In this document: positions 28,596-38,967 of the stretch, piece by piece
How positions within the stretch are numbered: position 1 is the first letter of the stretch
Layout: every line of letters begins with the position of its first letter
DNA from: Clostridia bacterium
Lineage (GTDB): Bacteria > Bacillota > Clostridia > Oscillospirales > CAG-272
DNA: 45,246 bases
Direction of reading: 5' to 3'
Assembly (NCBI GenBank): GCA_017466625.1
Contig: JAFTTT010000047.1
Location: forward strand, 1-45,246
Position numbers and translations under genes: made by a program
Notes under the pieces: generated by a model
The model's database searches: none
What the model was told of the DNA's origin: nothing
The model's input: the letters and a program-made list of their open reading frames with translations, nothing else

Positions 28596-30755
28596 ATGTA
28601 CATAGAATCCCTACAAATAACGTCCTTTGCCGGGATAAGCGGATACGAGCTCTCCCTCACAAACGGCGTTAATATCGTTCGCGGAAGCAACGAGGCGGGC
28701 AAAAGCACGATAGCGGAATTTATCCGTTACGTTCTTTACGGCTTCGGAGGCAAGAGCGACCGCGAAAGATATATCGGTTTTTCATCGAACAACGTTGCGG
28801 GAAGCATCGTTATCGTTTATGATGATCGCAGATACAGAATAGAGAGAAGAACGGTCGGAACGAAGGACAACGTGTCGGTCTACGACCTTGAGACCGGAAG
28901 CACCTGTTACGAGGGTAAGGTTCCGGGTGAGGTGTTCTTCGGTATGCCGTCGGGGCTTTTCGCGAGTACCGCGTTCGTCGGACAGACGAGCGGAAGCCGC
29001 ATAAACGGTAAAGACACCTCTGAGCTTCTCGATAATCTTCTTTTCGCCGCCGACGAGGGCGTTAACGTCAAAAAGGCGCTAAAGCGTCTTGACGATGAAA
29101 GAGTTGCGCTTCTTTACAAGAACAAGAAGGGCGGAAAGATCTTTGAGCTTGAAAACGAGCTTTCGCGTCTTGATACCCGCGCCGAAAAGGCGAGAAACGA
29201 CGGAAAAGAGCTTCTGGTTATCGAAAACAAGCTGAAGGAAAACGAGATCACCCTCGATAGCGACAGAACGATACGCGATAAGTTCGCGTCAAACATCGAC
29301 GATTATCAGCTTTCAAAAAGCCGTGAGAGCAAGGAGCGTCTGCGTCAGCTTGAGGAAAATTATCAGAATGCGACCGATGCGCTTGCAGAGCATAGGACGG
29401 CGTATACGAGAAAGAATTTCTTTCCCGATTCCGCCTACCTTCAGTCGCTCCGCGACTGCGCAAGTGAGGTCGCAAACTGCGATACGAGGATAGAGGGCGT
29501 TGAAAGACGTCTTGAAAACCTTAACCGCGAAATGGAGATCAACCGCCGTGAGCGGGAGGAAGCTCTGCGGATAAACAACTTGAAAAAGAAGAAGGCGGTA
29601 TCGAAAAGAGGTATCGTGGCGGCGCTCGGCGTCGTTTGTATACTTCTTCTCATTCTCTCGGCGGCGTTCTGCGCATGGATGTTTATAAGCGGAAGCAAGG
29701 GCGCCGGAATTGCGCTCGGAATCCTTGCCGCTGTTTGCCTTTCGGGAATGATCGGTTCGTTGTCCTTTGTCAAGGAATTGTCCGATAAGATAAAGGATCT
29801 TGAGACCGAAGCGCTCGTTCATGACGACGGCTACGAGGCGAAGCTCGATATCATACGCGGAGACCTCGAGGAGCATAGGAGCGAACGTGCAAGGTTCTCA
29901 AAGGCGCTGAACGATCTTTGTGCGAGATGGGATATTAAGTATTCAAGAGCAGTGCTCACCGAGATGGTCGAGGTAATAAATACCGCAAACAAGCTTGAGA
30001 CCGAAATGGAGCACGCACGCATCGCTTACGTTCAGATGAAGAGCGAGGCGGAGGAGCGCCGTCCATACGAGCCGATAGACGACGGACGTGAGCTTAACGT
30101 TCCCGAGGATTTCGATTACCGTGACGCCGATCGCAAGCTGAAGCTTGCAGAGGAGTCGATTCGACTCAAGGAGGGCATCAAGCATAATCTTGAGGTTCGC
30201 CGTGCCGAATTATCGGTCACGTCCGAGCATCCTTACGACGTGGACGAGCTTATAAAGCAGACGCAGGCGGAAAGGACCGCCTTGACAGAGCGCCTGAATG
30301 CGTTCTCGCTTGCTTATTCGATGATAGAAACGGCGTCCGACAATATGCGCCGTTCGGTATCGCCGCGGCTTTCGCGCGGTGCGTCGGAGAAAATGGCGTC
30401 GCTTACCGACGGTAAGTACGACGAGATAGGTGTTGACGGCGAATTTTCCCTCACCTTCCGTCCGATAAGCGGAGAGGGAAGAGTGACGAAGGACGAGACC
30501 TATATGAGTGCAGGAACGTCGGACATTACCTACGTTTCCTTGCGCCTTTCGCTTTCGGAGCTTATTTCGGGCGGTAAACAGATCCCGACCGTCTTTGACG
30601 AGAGCTTCTCGCGTCTTGACGATAAGCGTCTTACCAATATGCTGAAGCTTCTGTCGAATGAAAACGGACAGGTGATAGTTCTCACCTCAAACGGCAGGGA
30701 AGAAGAAATACTGAATAAAGAAGGCATTTCTCACAACTTTGTGAATTTGGGATGA
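28596..30755 (+). CDS. SMC/Rad50-like AAA ATPase (YhaN-like)
   Basis: G.NEAGKST Walker A, coiled coil with central TM pair, MSAGT signature, VFDESF..LD Walker B. Confidence 0.88.
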   Translation: MYIESLQITSFAGISGYELSLTNGVNIVRGSNEAGKSTIAEFIRYVLYGFGGKSDRERYIGFSSNNVAGSIVIVYDDRRYRIERRTVGTKDNVSVYDLETGSTCYEGKVPGEVFFGMPSGLFASTAFVGQTSGSRINGKDTSELLDNLLFAADEGVNVKKALKRLDDERVALLYKNKKGGKIFELENELSRLDTRAEKARNDGKELLVIENKLKENEITLDSDRTIRDKFASNIDDYQLSKSRESKERLRQLEENYQNATDALAEHRTAYTRKNFFPDSAYLQSLRDCASEVANCDTRIEGVERRLENLNREMEINRREREEALRINNLKKKKAVSKRGIVAALGVVCILLLILSAAFCAWMFISGSKGAGIALGILAAVCLSGMIGSLSFVKELSDKIKDLETEALVHDDGYEAKLDIIRGDLEEHRSERARFSKALNDLCARWDIKYSRAVLTEMVEVINTANKLETEMEHARIAYVQMKSEAEERRPYEPIDDGRELNVPEDFDYRDADRKLKLAEESIRLKEGIKHNLEVRRAELSVTSEHPYDVDELIKQTQAERTALTERLNAFSLAYSMIETASDNMRRSVSPRLSRGASEKMASLTDGKYDEIGVDGEFSLTFRPISGEGRVTKDETYMSAGTSDITYVSLRLSLSELISGGKQIPTVFDESFSRLDDKRLTNMLKLLSNENGQVIVLTSNGREEEILNKEGISHNFVNLG

Positions 30756-30760
30756 AAATT

Positions 30761-30800
30761 CAAACAAATGTTTGACTTTTTGAACCGAATGTGATATACT
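30761..30800 (+). promoter_or_regulatory. SigA promoter overlapped by a candidate LexA (Cheo) box
   Basis: TTGACT-N17-TATACT (30772-30800); palindrome CAAAC-AAAT-GTTTG at 30761-30774. Confidence 0.62.
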
Positions 30801-30831
30801 GTATTCAGTAAGTAAAAAGGGGGAACACAAT

Positions 30832-31344
30832 ATGGAATATTCCCCCGACACCTGCGCCTGCTTCACGGGACACAGAGCAATGACCGAATCGGAGATCAAG
30901 GATGCGGCGGTGCTCGTTTCGGAGCAGATAAAAAAGCTTTACGTAAGAGGTGTGAGAAATTACTTTGCCGGCGGAGCCATCGGCTTTGACCTCGCGGCGG
31001 CGGTGACGGTGCTTAATATGAAGCGCGTATACCCCGATATAACCCTTAACCTCGCGCTTCCTTGTCCCGAATATCAAAGTAAATGGACGAGGGCGGAGAT
31101 AGAGCTTTTCAATCGGGTGAGATCGCGTGCCGACAGTGAGGTCTACGTGAGCGAAAGCTACCATAGGGGCTGTATGCAGATGCGTAACAAGTATATGGTG
31201 GATAAAAGCGTATTCTGTATCGCTTATTTGAGAGAAAAGAGGGGCGGGACCTATAATACCGTTGCCTATGCTCTCAAAAAAGGTATTGAGGTCATAAACC
31301 TTACCGATGTTCCGATAACGGATCAGATCAGCTTTGATTTTTGA
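30832..31344 (+). CDS. SLOG family protein (DUF1273/YspA-like)
   Basis: CFTGHR, GGAIGFD, RNKYMVD, GGT.NTV.YA. Confidence 0.88.
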   Translation: MEYSPDTCACFTGHRAMTESEIKDAAVLVSEQIKKLYVRGVRNYFAGGAIGFDLAAAVTVLNMKRVYPDITLNLALPCPEYQSKWTRAEIELFNRVRSRADSEVYVSESYHRGCMQMRNKYMVDKSVFCIAYLREKRGGTYNTVAYALKKGIEVINLTDVPITDQISFDF

Positions 31345-31355
31345 TAAGAGATAAT

Positions 31356-31945
31356 ATGAAAAGAATTTTAGTTTTACTTCTTTCACTCGCTTTGGCGGTG
31401 TCGGTGCTTTCCTGCAGTAAGCCGAAGCCGCTTAAGATAAGCGAGGAGGAAGCGTATGAGGTGCTTTGCGACCTGTACCGCGTTCTCATGAATTTAACGT
31501 TATATTTTTCGGAGAGGGGCTTCCTCACGAGGACGGTGAATATGACGACACGACCTACGTCGAGGTCGATCCTGCGCAAAGCAGATACGGCTCGATAGCC
31601 GAGATCAAGGCCGAGGTCGAAAGGGTATATTCAAAAAGATATCTGAAATCTATCTATATAAATATGTTCGTCGGCTCGAAAACGACGAGCAAGGACGGGC
31701 TTCTCGATAACGACGTCAGTCCCCGCTACAAGGTCATTGGCGGAAAGCTGATGATCGACGCAAGCTACGACGAGATCGATATTATGGGTAAATTGACCGT
31801 GATATCAACGAAGGTCGCAAAGAAGACGCCGAAATACGTCAGCGTTGACGCAGTCTGTTCTGACGAAAGCGGAAACGAGATAAATAAGCGCTTCTTTTTA
31901 ACGTATGAAAACGGAGTCTGGCTGCTTGACGGCCCGACTTACTGA
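31356..31945 (+). pseudogene. lipoprotein split by a -1 frameshift near 31473 (pseudogene or sequence error)
   Basis: lipobox VLSC in one frame; the protein continues as VPRSHEFNVIFF...WLLDGPTY in the other; adding one base joins them. Confidence 0.7.
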
Positions 31946-31961
31946 TAAGGAGAATAAAAAC

Positions 31962-33056
31962 ATGGCTAAAGCAACACCTAAAAAGCCGGTAGAAATGCCC
32001 GGCACCGATGCTGAAAAGAAAAAGGCACTTGACGTTGCAATAACACAGATCACAAAGCAGTACGGACAGGGAGCGATCATGCGCCTCGGCGAGAACAACG
32101 CCATGAGCGTAAGCGCTATCCCGACCGGCTCTCTCACCCTCGACCTCGCGCTCGGTATAGGCGGAGTTCCGAAGGGAAGAATCGTAGAGATCTACGGTCC
32201 CGAGTCCTCGGGTAAAACCACGATCGCGCTTCACATTGCGGCAGAAGCGCAGAAGCAGGGCGGAGTTGCGGCTTTCGTTGACGCGGAGCACGCGCTCGAT
32301 CCCGTTTACGCGAAGGCGCTCGGAGTTGATATAGACAACCTTCTCGTTTCTCAGCCCGACAGCGGTGAGCAGGCGCTCGAAATTACCGAGGCGCTCGTTC
32401 GCTCGGGTGCGGTCGACGTGCTTGTGGTCGACTCTGTTGCGGCGCTCGTTCCTCAGCAGGAGATCGACGGCGATATGGGTGACTCTAACGTCGGCGTTCA
32501 CGCGCGTCTTATGTCGCAGGCAATGCGTAAGCTTTCGGGTGCTATCTCGAAGTCGAACGTCGTTGTTATCTTTATAAACCAGCTTCGTCAGAAGATCGGC
32601 GTTATGTACGGTAATCCCGAAACGACGACGGGCGGTACCGCGCTTAAGTTCTACGCGTCGGTTCGTATCGACATCCGCCGCTCCGAGGTCCTCAAGAACG
32701 GTAGCGAGCCCTACGGAAGCCGTACCAAGTGTAAGATAGTTAAGAACAAGGTCGCTCCCCCCTTCAAGACCGCGGAGTTCGACATAATCTACGGTAAGGG
32801 AATCAACCGTTCGGGTGAGATCATGGATATCGGTACCGAGCTCGGAATCATCGAAAAGGGCGGCTCGTGGTTCTCCTATAACGGAACACGTCTCGGACAG
32901 GGACGCGACAACGCGCTTGCATTCCTTGAAAGCAACCCCGATATGTTCGCGGAAGTAGAGGAAAAGATCAAGAAGGCGCTGACGGGCGACGAGCAGTCGA
33001 ACGAGGTTTCGCTCGACGAGGACGACTTCGAGTTCGATCTTGACGACGATGTATAA
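31962..33056 (+). CDS. recA: recombinase A
   Basis: [36 protein letters not shown]. Confidence 0.99.
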   Translation: MAKATPKKPVEMPGTDAEKKKALDVAITQITKQYGQGAIMRLGENNAMSVSAIPTGSLTLDLALGIGGVPKGRIVEIYGPESSGKTTIALHIAAEAQKQGGVAAFVDAEHALDPVYAKALGVDIDNLLVSQPDSGEQALEITEALVRSGAVDVLVVDSVAALVPQQEIDGDMGDSNVGVHARLMSQAMRKLSGAISKSNVVVIFINQLRQKIGVMYGNPETTTGGTALKFYASVRIDIRRSEVLKNGSEPYGSRTKCKIVKNKVAPPFKTAEFDIIYGKGINRSGEIMDIGTELGIIEKGGSWFSYNGTRLGQGRDNALAFLESNPDMFAEVEEKIKKALTGDEQSNEVSLDEDDFEFDLDDDV

Positions 33057-33540
33057 AAAACGCAAGGCGCCTGTCACATCCGACCCCGAAAAGGCGTACG
33101 GTGCGGCGCTTCGCACGGCGATGAACATCGTCGGATACAAGGATAATACGCTCTATCAGTTAAGAACGAAGTTACTTGAGCGCGGTTATTCCGAAACGAC
33201 GGTAGATGACGTTTGCGAGTTTATGACCTCAAAGGGATACGTGAACGACTCGCGAATGATCTTCCGCTTCGCGCGTTCCCTTGCGCTGAACAAGCTTTAC
33301 GGCAAGCGCAGAATAATGCGTGAGCTTTCGCTTAAGAAATTTACCGACGAGGCGTACGATGCGTTTACGTTTGACAGCGACGAGCTTGATGACGTTGACT
33401 TCGTTGAGGTATGTCTTAAGCTCTTGAAGAAAAAGGGCGGAGCGCGAGACGACAAGACGTTTGCCTGTCTTATGCGCTACGGACATTCGCCGTCGGATAT
33501 TAAGGAAGCATACAGAAGACTTGAAAATGAGGATGAATAA
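33049..33540 (+). CDS. recX: regulatory protein RecX
   Basis: directly after recA; L..KL..RGY, GY.ND, G.RRI..EL, L.RYG. Confidence 0.82.
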   Translation: MYKKRKAPVTSDPEKAYGAALRTAMNIVGYKDNTLYQLRTKLLERGYSETTVDDVCEFMTSKGYVNDSRMIFRFARSLALNKLYGKRRIMRELSLKKFTDEAYDAFTFDSDELDDVDFVEVCLKLLKKKGGARDDKTFACLMRYGHSPSDIKEAYRRLENEDE

Positions 33541-33792
33541 ATGACGAAACACGAATATAAAACAAGCGGTACCTGCTCGCGCAAGATAATCTTCGAGCTT
33601 GACGACGAGGGCAAAGTACACAACGTAGTTTTCGAGGGCGGTTGCCACGGAAATCTCCAGGGCATCGGCAAGCTCGTCGAGGGCATGGACGCTGCCGAGG
33701 TAATTAAGCGCGTCGAGGGCATCAAGTGCGGCTTCAAGCAGACCTCTTGCCCCGATCAGCTTTCAAAGGCGCTGACCGAGGCGGTTAAGTAA
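33541..33792 (+). CDS. stand-alone TSCPD-domain protein (TIGR03905-like)
   Basis: GTCS..I, F.GGC.GNL.GI, GI.CG...TSCPDQL. Confidence 0.92.
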   Translation: MTKHEYKTSGTCSRKIIFELDDEGKVHNVVFEGGCHGNLQGIGKLVEGMDAAEVIKRVEGIKCGFKQTSCPDQLSKALTEAVK

Positions 33793-33801
33793 GGGAAATA
33801 A

Positions 33802-33883
33802 CGCGGGGAGAAACTTTTTGAAAAAAGTTTCTCCCCGCGCCCCTTTTCAAAAACTTTTGTAAGCCCGAAACTCCGTTTCGGGC
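33802..33883. repeat. 18-bp perfect palindrome plus second hairpin (probable terminator)
   Basis: CGCGGGGAGAAACTTTTT-GA-AAAAAGTTTCTCCCCGCG; GCCCGAAAC-TCC-GTTTCGGGC. Confidence 0.75.
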
Positions 33884-33919
33884 GGTGTTTTTGTGAGGAA
33901 ATGTCGGAATGCCCATTTG

Positions 33920-34169
33920 CCTCGCCCTTCGGGAGAGGTGGTCCAAAGGACCGGAGAGGGGGCCTTCCTCTTGGGGAAGGGTGTCTAAGAGGTAAACCTC
34001 GGACGGATGAGGTGTAGCCGTAGCAGACGGCGTTATACCTTCTCGGCGGGAGAATGGTGCAAGTGGCAAGCCACGGTCGGACGAGGTGTTCGGGTATGAT
34101 GTTACATCGCTTCGAGACACCTCATCCACCGCTGACGCGGTCCCCCTTCTCCCGCTGGAGAAGGTATAA
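33920..34169. repeat. cluster of four related two-hairpin extragenic repeats (three +, one -)
   Basis: units of form CCT(T)C..GA(A)GG, hairpin, GGAnGAGG at about 33920-33960, 33963-34014, 34038-34088 and inverted 34118-34164. Confidence 0.72.
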
Positions 34170-34229
34170 TATCGCTCGAAGCATTAAGACGTGCCTATAG
34201 GGGCGACCGTTAAGAAACGATCTATATAC

Positions 34230-34264
34230 AAAAACAGACCTCCGCGTTTGCGGAGGTCTGTTTT
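34230..34264. terminator. bidirectional terminator
   Basis: AAAACAGACCTCCGC-GTTT-GCGGAGGTCTGTTTT. Confidence 0.88.
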
Positions 34265-34283
34265 ATGTGTATTTTCTTCCTTA

Positions 34284-34886
34284 TTATATATATGACTTAT
34301 CGCTGCGCATTTTTTTGCCGATCAGAATGATCCTGTGAGCGACCGTCGAGAAGATGAGGCAAATGCCGAGCTCAACGAAGAAGTTAGCACCGATGAGTGT
34401 CAGGAATACGAAGGAGATCATATCTGCTCCCGCACCGGTTGCCCAGCCCTTGATTCCGGGAAAGAAGACAGTAAATGATGCAAGCGTGAAGACTGCGGTA
34501 TTTACAACGGGGCAGAGAATTGACGAGGTGATGATCGCGGCAAGCGAGTTTTTCTTTTCGATCAGCTTGAACATAAGTCCGCTAACCCAGCCCGCAAGCG
34601 CGCCTTTCAGAAGAACAACTATCACGGTCTGAACTACGCCGAATGCGTAGAACGCCGATGCCTGTCCCGTTACGATGACGACAAGCCCGAAGATGAAGCC
34701 GAGCCAAAGTCCTGCGACCGGACCGAGCATCGCAGCACCGATAACTATCGGAACGAGCGCGAACGCCCCAACGTTAAATCCGATCGGTATTATAAGTCCT
34801 ATACACTGAAAGACTGCAACAAGCGAGGTCATAAGTGCGAGAAGAGTTAAGTTTTTTACGTTTGTTATGGATCTTGCTTTTTTCAA
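34284..34886 (-). CDS. ECF transporter S component (PanT-like)
   Basis: 6 TM segments, VPIVIGA...GP..G...G..FG, P.VNT..F, NF..E; TTG start with AAGGA RBS. Confidence 0.82.
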   Translation of the reverse strand: MKKARSITNVKNLTLLALMTSLVAVFQCIGLIIPIGFNVGAFALVPIVIGAAMLGPVAGLWLGFIFGLVVIVTGQASAFYAFGVVQTVIVVLLKGALAGWVSGLMFKLIEKKNSLAAIITSSILCPVVNTAVFTLASFTVFFPGIKGWATGAGADMISFVFLTLIGANFFVELGICLIFSTVAHRIILIGKKMRSDKSYI

Positions 34887-35041
34887 TTTTGTCGCTTCCT
34901 TTCGCGGATTTGGAATAACAATATAATATCACCTCGTTAGTTAAAAGTCAAGAAACGGGGACGAAAAAATTCGATTTTGCAGGAAAATATATGAATAAAT
35001 TGTAAATTATTTCGAAGTTCAAAATTTCCTGCATTTTCCTA

Positions 35042-35070
35042 TTGCTTTTTACTAATTTATAGTATATAAT
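35042..35070 (+). promoter_or_regulatory. SigA promoter of the S10 operon
   Basis: TTGCTT-N17-TATAAT. Confidence 0.72.
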
Positions 35071-35076
35071 TGAAAA

Positions 35077-35459
35077 GCTTGATGTGCGTTGAAGCGGAAG
35101 GTTGCTCCGAAGACACCTACAGTTCAGTCGGAGGAGGTAATTTCCGTGGAGTATGTCCGTGTCCAAGTCAGCTTTTCGTCAAGGAAACCGGTCTATCCGG
35201 GTAATATCGGACAGGCTGAGATATCTTGGCGGCGGTTTGCCGAGGACTACAAACGGGCGGATGGAAATCGGACTGTGATGGATCGAAGGATCCCGCGTGC
35301 TGCTCACGGCGCGCGTTCCGAAGGGTTTTTATGCAGGATTGCATGCTGAAAAAACTTCGGGTTTAATTTAGGCCGAGTGAAGAAACACCCGGCTGAGTGT
35401 TCAGATTTTCGCCCCATTTTAGTTGCATCAGCAGCAATATTAAAAAGGAGGCAAAAACG
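35077..35459 (+). promoter_or_regulatory. long structured 5' leader of rpsJ (ribosomal protein leader candidate)
   Basis: GC-rich 380-nt UTR; GATG..GGAAGGTTGC..ACACC opening resembles Firmicute S10 leaders (from recall); several hairpins. Confidence 0.6.
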
Positions 35460-35768
35460 ATGGCAGTACAGGAGAAACTCAGAGTCAGACTCAAGAGCTA
35501 TGATCACTTCCTCATCGACCAGGCAGCAGAGAAGATCGTAGAGACCGCAAAGCGCAACGGCGCAACGGTTTCGGGTCCTATTCCGCTTCCTACCGAAAAG
35601 GAGATCATCACCATTCTTCGCGCAGTTCATAAGTATAAGGACAGCCGCGAGCAGTTTGAACTCAGAACTCACAAGAGACTCATTGACATAATCAAGCCCT
35701 CTGCGAAGACCGTGGAAGCGCTTATGAGTCTGGAGCTCCCCGCAGGCGTTCAGATCGACATCAAGTAA
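35460..35768 (+). CDS. rpsJ: 30S ribosomal protein S10
   Basis: [24 protein letters not shown]. Confidence 0.98.
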   Translation: MAVQEKLRVRLKSYDHFLIDQAAEKIVETAKRNGATVSGPIPLPTEKEIITILRAVHKYKDSREQFELRTHKRLIDIIKPSAKTVEALMSLELPAGVQIDIK

Positions 35769-35883
35769 TCCTTAATAAATAAGGATAGATCGAACCCGAG
35801 GGAAAGCCCCGAGGTTTTATGTCAAGTTGAGGCACACGGCCTTGCGTGCTTCAACCAATAACTAAAATCAGGAGGAAAACACA

Positions 35884-36513
35884 ATGAAAAAAGGCATTAT
35901 CGGCAAGAAGATCGGTATGACCCAGATCTTCGATGCAAACGGCAACGTGATCCCCGTTACGGTGATCGAAGCCGGCCCCTGCACGGTCACTCAGAAGAAG
36001 ACCGTGGAGACTGATGGTTACGATGCGATCCAGCTTGGATTCATGGACGTAGCCGAAAAGAAGCTTACCAAACCCGAAGCAGGTCACTTTGCAAAAGCTG
36101 GCGTTTCCTGCAAGAAGCACCTTAAGGAATTCCGTCTTGATGACATTTCCGGATTTAACACGGGCGATACCGTCACCGCTGACATCTTTGCAGCAGGTGA
36201 AAAGGTCGACGTTACCGGAATCACCAAGGGACACGGATACTCCGGTGTTATCAAGCGTTGGAACCACCACCACCTCAGAATGACTCACGGTACCGGCCCT
36301 ATCCACCGTCAGCCCGGTTCTATGGGCGTTATCGACCCCGCACACATCTTCAAGAACAAGAAGATGGCAGGTCAGTACGGTAACGAGCAGGTAACCGTTC
36401 TCAATCTCAGCATCGCCAAGATCGACGCGGAAAAGAACATCATCGCAGTTAAGGGCGCAGTTCCCGGAGCTCGCGGCGGTATCGTCTTCATCCGCAACGC
36501 CGTCAAGGCCTAA
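35884..36513 (+). CDS. rplC: 50S ribosomal protein L3
   Basis: [22 protein letters not shown]. Confidence 0.98.
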   Translation: MKKGIIGKKIGMTQIFDANGNVIPVTVIEAGPCTVTQKKTVETDGYDAIQLGFMDVAEKKLTKPEAGHFAKAGVSCKKHLKEFRLDDISGFNTGDTVTADIFAAGEKVDVTGITKGHGYSGVIKRWNHHHLRMTHGTGPIHRQPGSMGVIDPAHIFKNKKMAGQYGNEQVTVLNLSIAKIDAEKNIIAVKGAVPGARGGIVFIRNAVKA

Positions 36514-36533
36514 TCGGAAGGAGGAAATTAACG

Positions 36534-37157
36534 ATGCCGAATGTAAAGGTTGTTAATATGAAGGGCGCCGAAGTCGGAACCATTGATCTTTCCGAAAAGG
36601 TATTTGGCGCAGAAGTAAACGGCGCAGTGCTTCACACTGCAGTTCGTGCTTACCTTATGAATCAGAGACAGGGTACTCAGTCTGCTCTTACCCGTACCGA
36701 GGTTTCGGGCGGCGGAAAGAAGCCCTGGCGTCAGAAGGGAACCGGCCGCGCAAGACAGGGCTCGACCCGTGCTCCTCAGTGGACACACGGCGGCGTAGTC
36801 TTCGCTCCCAAGCCCCGTTCCTACAGAGTTACTATCAACAAGAAAGTTAGACAGCAGGCACTTATGAGCGCTCTCTCCGCTAAGGTTGCAGCTAACGACC
36901 TCGTAGTCGTTGACGCTATCGTAGCTGAAGAGTACAAGACCAAGGTAATGGCAGACATGCTTACCGCAGTCGGCGCAAAGAAGAAGGTGCTCGTAGTTCT
37001 CGCTGATAACGACGCGAAGGTAATCGGTTCTCTCGCTAACATCGAGGGCGCTAAGACCGCGCAGACCAACGCTATCAACGTTTACGACATCCTCAATGCA
37101 GATACTCTTGTAATTGCAAAGGGTGCTGTTGAAAAGATCGAGGAGGTGTACGCATAA
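36534..37157 (+). CDS. rplD: 50S ribosomal protein L4
   Basis: [15 protein letters not shown]. Confidence 0.98.
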   Translation: MPNVKVVNMKGAEVGTIDLSEKVFGAEVNGAVLHTAVRAYLMNQRQGTQSALTRTEVSGGGKKPWRQKGTGRARQGSTRAPQWTHGGVVFAPKPRSYRVTINKKVRQQALMSALSAKVAANDLVVVDAIVAEEYKTKVMADMLTAVGAKKKVLVVLADNDAKVIGSLANIEGAKTAQTNAINVYDILNADTLVIAKGAVEKIEEVYA

Positions 37158-37453
37158 TGAAGAACGTATACGATATTATCCGTCGCCCCGTCATCACCGA
37201 GGAATCTATGACTCTCGCATCCGAGAAGAAGTACGTCTTCGAGGTAATGAAGAGCGCAACCAAGCCCGAGATCGCAAATGCGGTCGAAACCGTTTTCGAA
37301 GGCGTTAAGGTCGCTTCCGTAAACACTATCAACATGAAGAAGAAGCCCAAGAGACTCGGAGTCCACTTCGGTTACACTTCCGAATGGAAGAAGGCAATCG
37401 TAACCCTGACCGAAGACTCCAAGACTATCGAGTTCTTCGATGGCATGTATTAA
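37157..37453 (+). CDS. rplW: 50S ribosomal protein L23
   Basis: [20 protein letters not shown]. Confidence 0.97.
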   Translation: MKNVYDIIRRPVITEESMTLASEKKYVFEVMKSATKPEIANAVETVFEGVKVASVNTINMKKKPKRLGVHFGYTSEWKKAIVTLTEDSKTIEFFDGMY

Positions 37454-37468
37454 GAAGGAGTGATATAA

Positions 37469-38302
37469 ATGGCAGTAAAAACATTTAAGCCGACTACTCC
37501 GTCGAGAAGAAACATGTCTGTACCCTCTTTCGATGAGGTGACCAAGAGCACCCCCGAAAAGAGTCTTATAGTTACTAAGAAGAAGCATGCCGGACGCAAC
37601 AGCTACGGCAGAATCACCGTTCGTCACCAGGGCGGCGGTAACAAGCTTAAGTACAGAATCATCGATTTCAAGAGAGCTGAGACAAACGAGCCCGCAACTG
37701 TTATCGGCGTTGAGTACGACCCTAACAGAACCGCGTACATCGCACTTCTCCAGCACGCAGACGGTCACAAGAGCTACATCCTCGCTCCCGCAGGTGTAAC
37801 CGACGGCGACAAGATCTACTCCGGCGCTGATTCCGATATCAAGCCCGGTAACACTCTTCCGATTGCCAACATTCCCGTTGGTACTCTTATCCACAATATC
37901 GAGCTTTACCCCGGCAAGGGCGGCCAGCTCGTCCGTACCGCAGGCGCAGCTGCACAGCTGATGGCTAAGGAAAACGGCATGGCTCAGGTTCGTCTTCCTT
38001 CCGGTGAGGTAAGACTTGTTCGTCTTGACTGCAAGGCAACTATCGGTCAGATCGGTAACATCGAGCATGAGACCATCAAGATCGGTAAGGCCGGTAAAAA
38101 GCGTCACATGGGCATTCGTCCTACCGTTCGCGGTTCCGTCATGAACCCCTGCGACCACCCTCACGGTGGTGGTGAGGGCCGTGCGCCCATCGGTAGACCG
38201 GGACCTGTAACTCCTTGGGGCAAGCCCGCCCTCGGTTACAAGACCCGTAACAAGAAGGCCAAGACCAATAAGTTCATCGTAAAACGCAGAAACGGTAAAT
38301 AA
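37469..38302 (+). CDS. rplB: 50S ribosomal protein L2
   Basis: [23 protein letters not shown]. Confidence 0.99.
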   Translation: MAVKTFKPTTPSRRNMSVPSFDEVTKSTPEKSLIVTKKKHAGRNSYGRITVRHQGGGNKLKYRIIDFKRAETNEPATVIGVEYDPNRTAYIALLQHADGHKSYILAPAGVTDGDKIYSGADSDIKPGNTLPIANIPVGTLIHNIELYPGKGGQLVRTAGAAAQLMAKENGMAQVRLPSGEVRLVRLDCKATIGQIGNIEHETIKIGKAGKKRHMGIRPTVRGSVMNPCDHPHGGGEGRAPIGRPGPVTPWGKPALGYKTRNKKAKTNKFIVKRRNGK

Positions 38303-38315
38303 GGAGGCAACATAA

Positions 38316-38597
38316 ATGAGCAGAAGCCTGAAAAAGGGACCTTTTGTCGAAGAGAAGCTCTTCACTCGCATCGAAGCGATGAACGCAGCTAACGACAAGA
38401 AGGTAATCAAGACATGGTCAAGAGCTTCCACAATATTTCCCGAGTTCGTTGGACACACGATCGCAGTTCACGACGGTAAGAAGCACGTTCCGGTATACAT
38501 CACCGAGGACATGGTAGGTCACAAGCTTGGAGAGTTCGCTCCTACGAGAACCTTCAAGGGACATGCCGGCTCCAAGACGTCCAATAACGGTAAATAA
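38316..38597 (+). CDS. rpsS: 30S ribosomal protein S19
   Basis: [17 protein letters not shown]. Confidence 0.98.
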   Translation: MSRSLKKGPFVEEKLFTRIEAMNAANDKKVIKTWSRASTIFPEFVGHTIAVHDGKKHVPVYITEDMVGHKLGEFAPTRTFKGHAGSKTSNNGK

Positions 38598-38611
38598 TGG
38601 GGGTAACAATA

Positions 38612-38953
38612 ATGGAAGCAAAAGCTAAGGTTCAATTTGTAAGGATCTCCCCCCGCAAGGTCAAGATCGTTCTCGACCTCGTAAGAGGCAAGAAGGTCGC
38701 TGACGCTGCGGCGATCCTTAAGCACACTCCTAAGGCGGCTTCGGAGTACGTATATAAGCTCGTTAAGAGCGCAGCCGCAAATGCTGAAAACAATTTCGGC
38801 ATGGATCCCGAAAAGCTCTATGTTTCTGAGTGCTACGTTTGCCCCGGTCCTACTCTCAAGCGCATGATGCCGAGAGCAAAGGGCAGCGGCGACAGAATAC
38901 TCAAGAGAACGAGCCACATCACGCTTGTCGTGAAGGAAAAAGAAGTTAAGTAA
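38612..38953 (+). CDS. rplV: 50S ribosomal protein L22
   Basis: RISPRKV, SAAANA, KRTSHIT. Confidence 0.97.
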   Translation: MEAKAKVQFVRISPRKVKIVLDLVRGKKVADAAAILKHTPKAASEYVYKLVKSAAANAENNFGMDPEKLYVSECYVCPGPTLKRMMPRAKGSGDRILKRTSHITLVVKEKEVK

Positions 38954-38967
38954 AGGAGGCAGAGCAA

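Noticed and set aside
33785-34129. 114-aa minus-strand ORF
   Set aside because: It runs across the palindromic repeats, with no RBS and no protein-like features.
35089-35349. 86-aa ORF upstream of rpsJ
   Set aside because: TTG start with no RBS; better explained as leader RNA.
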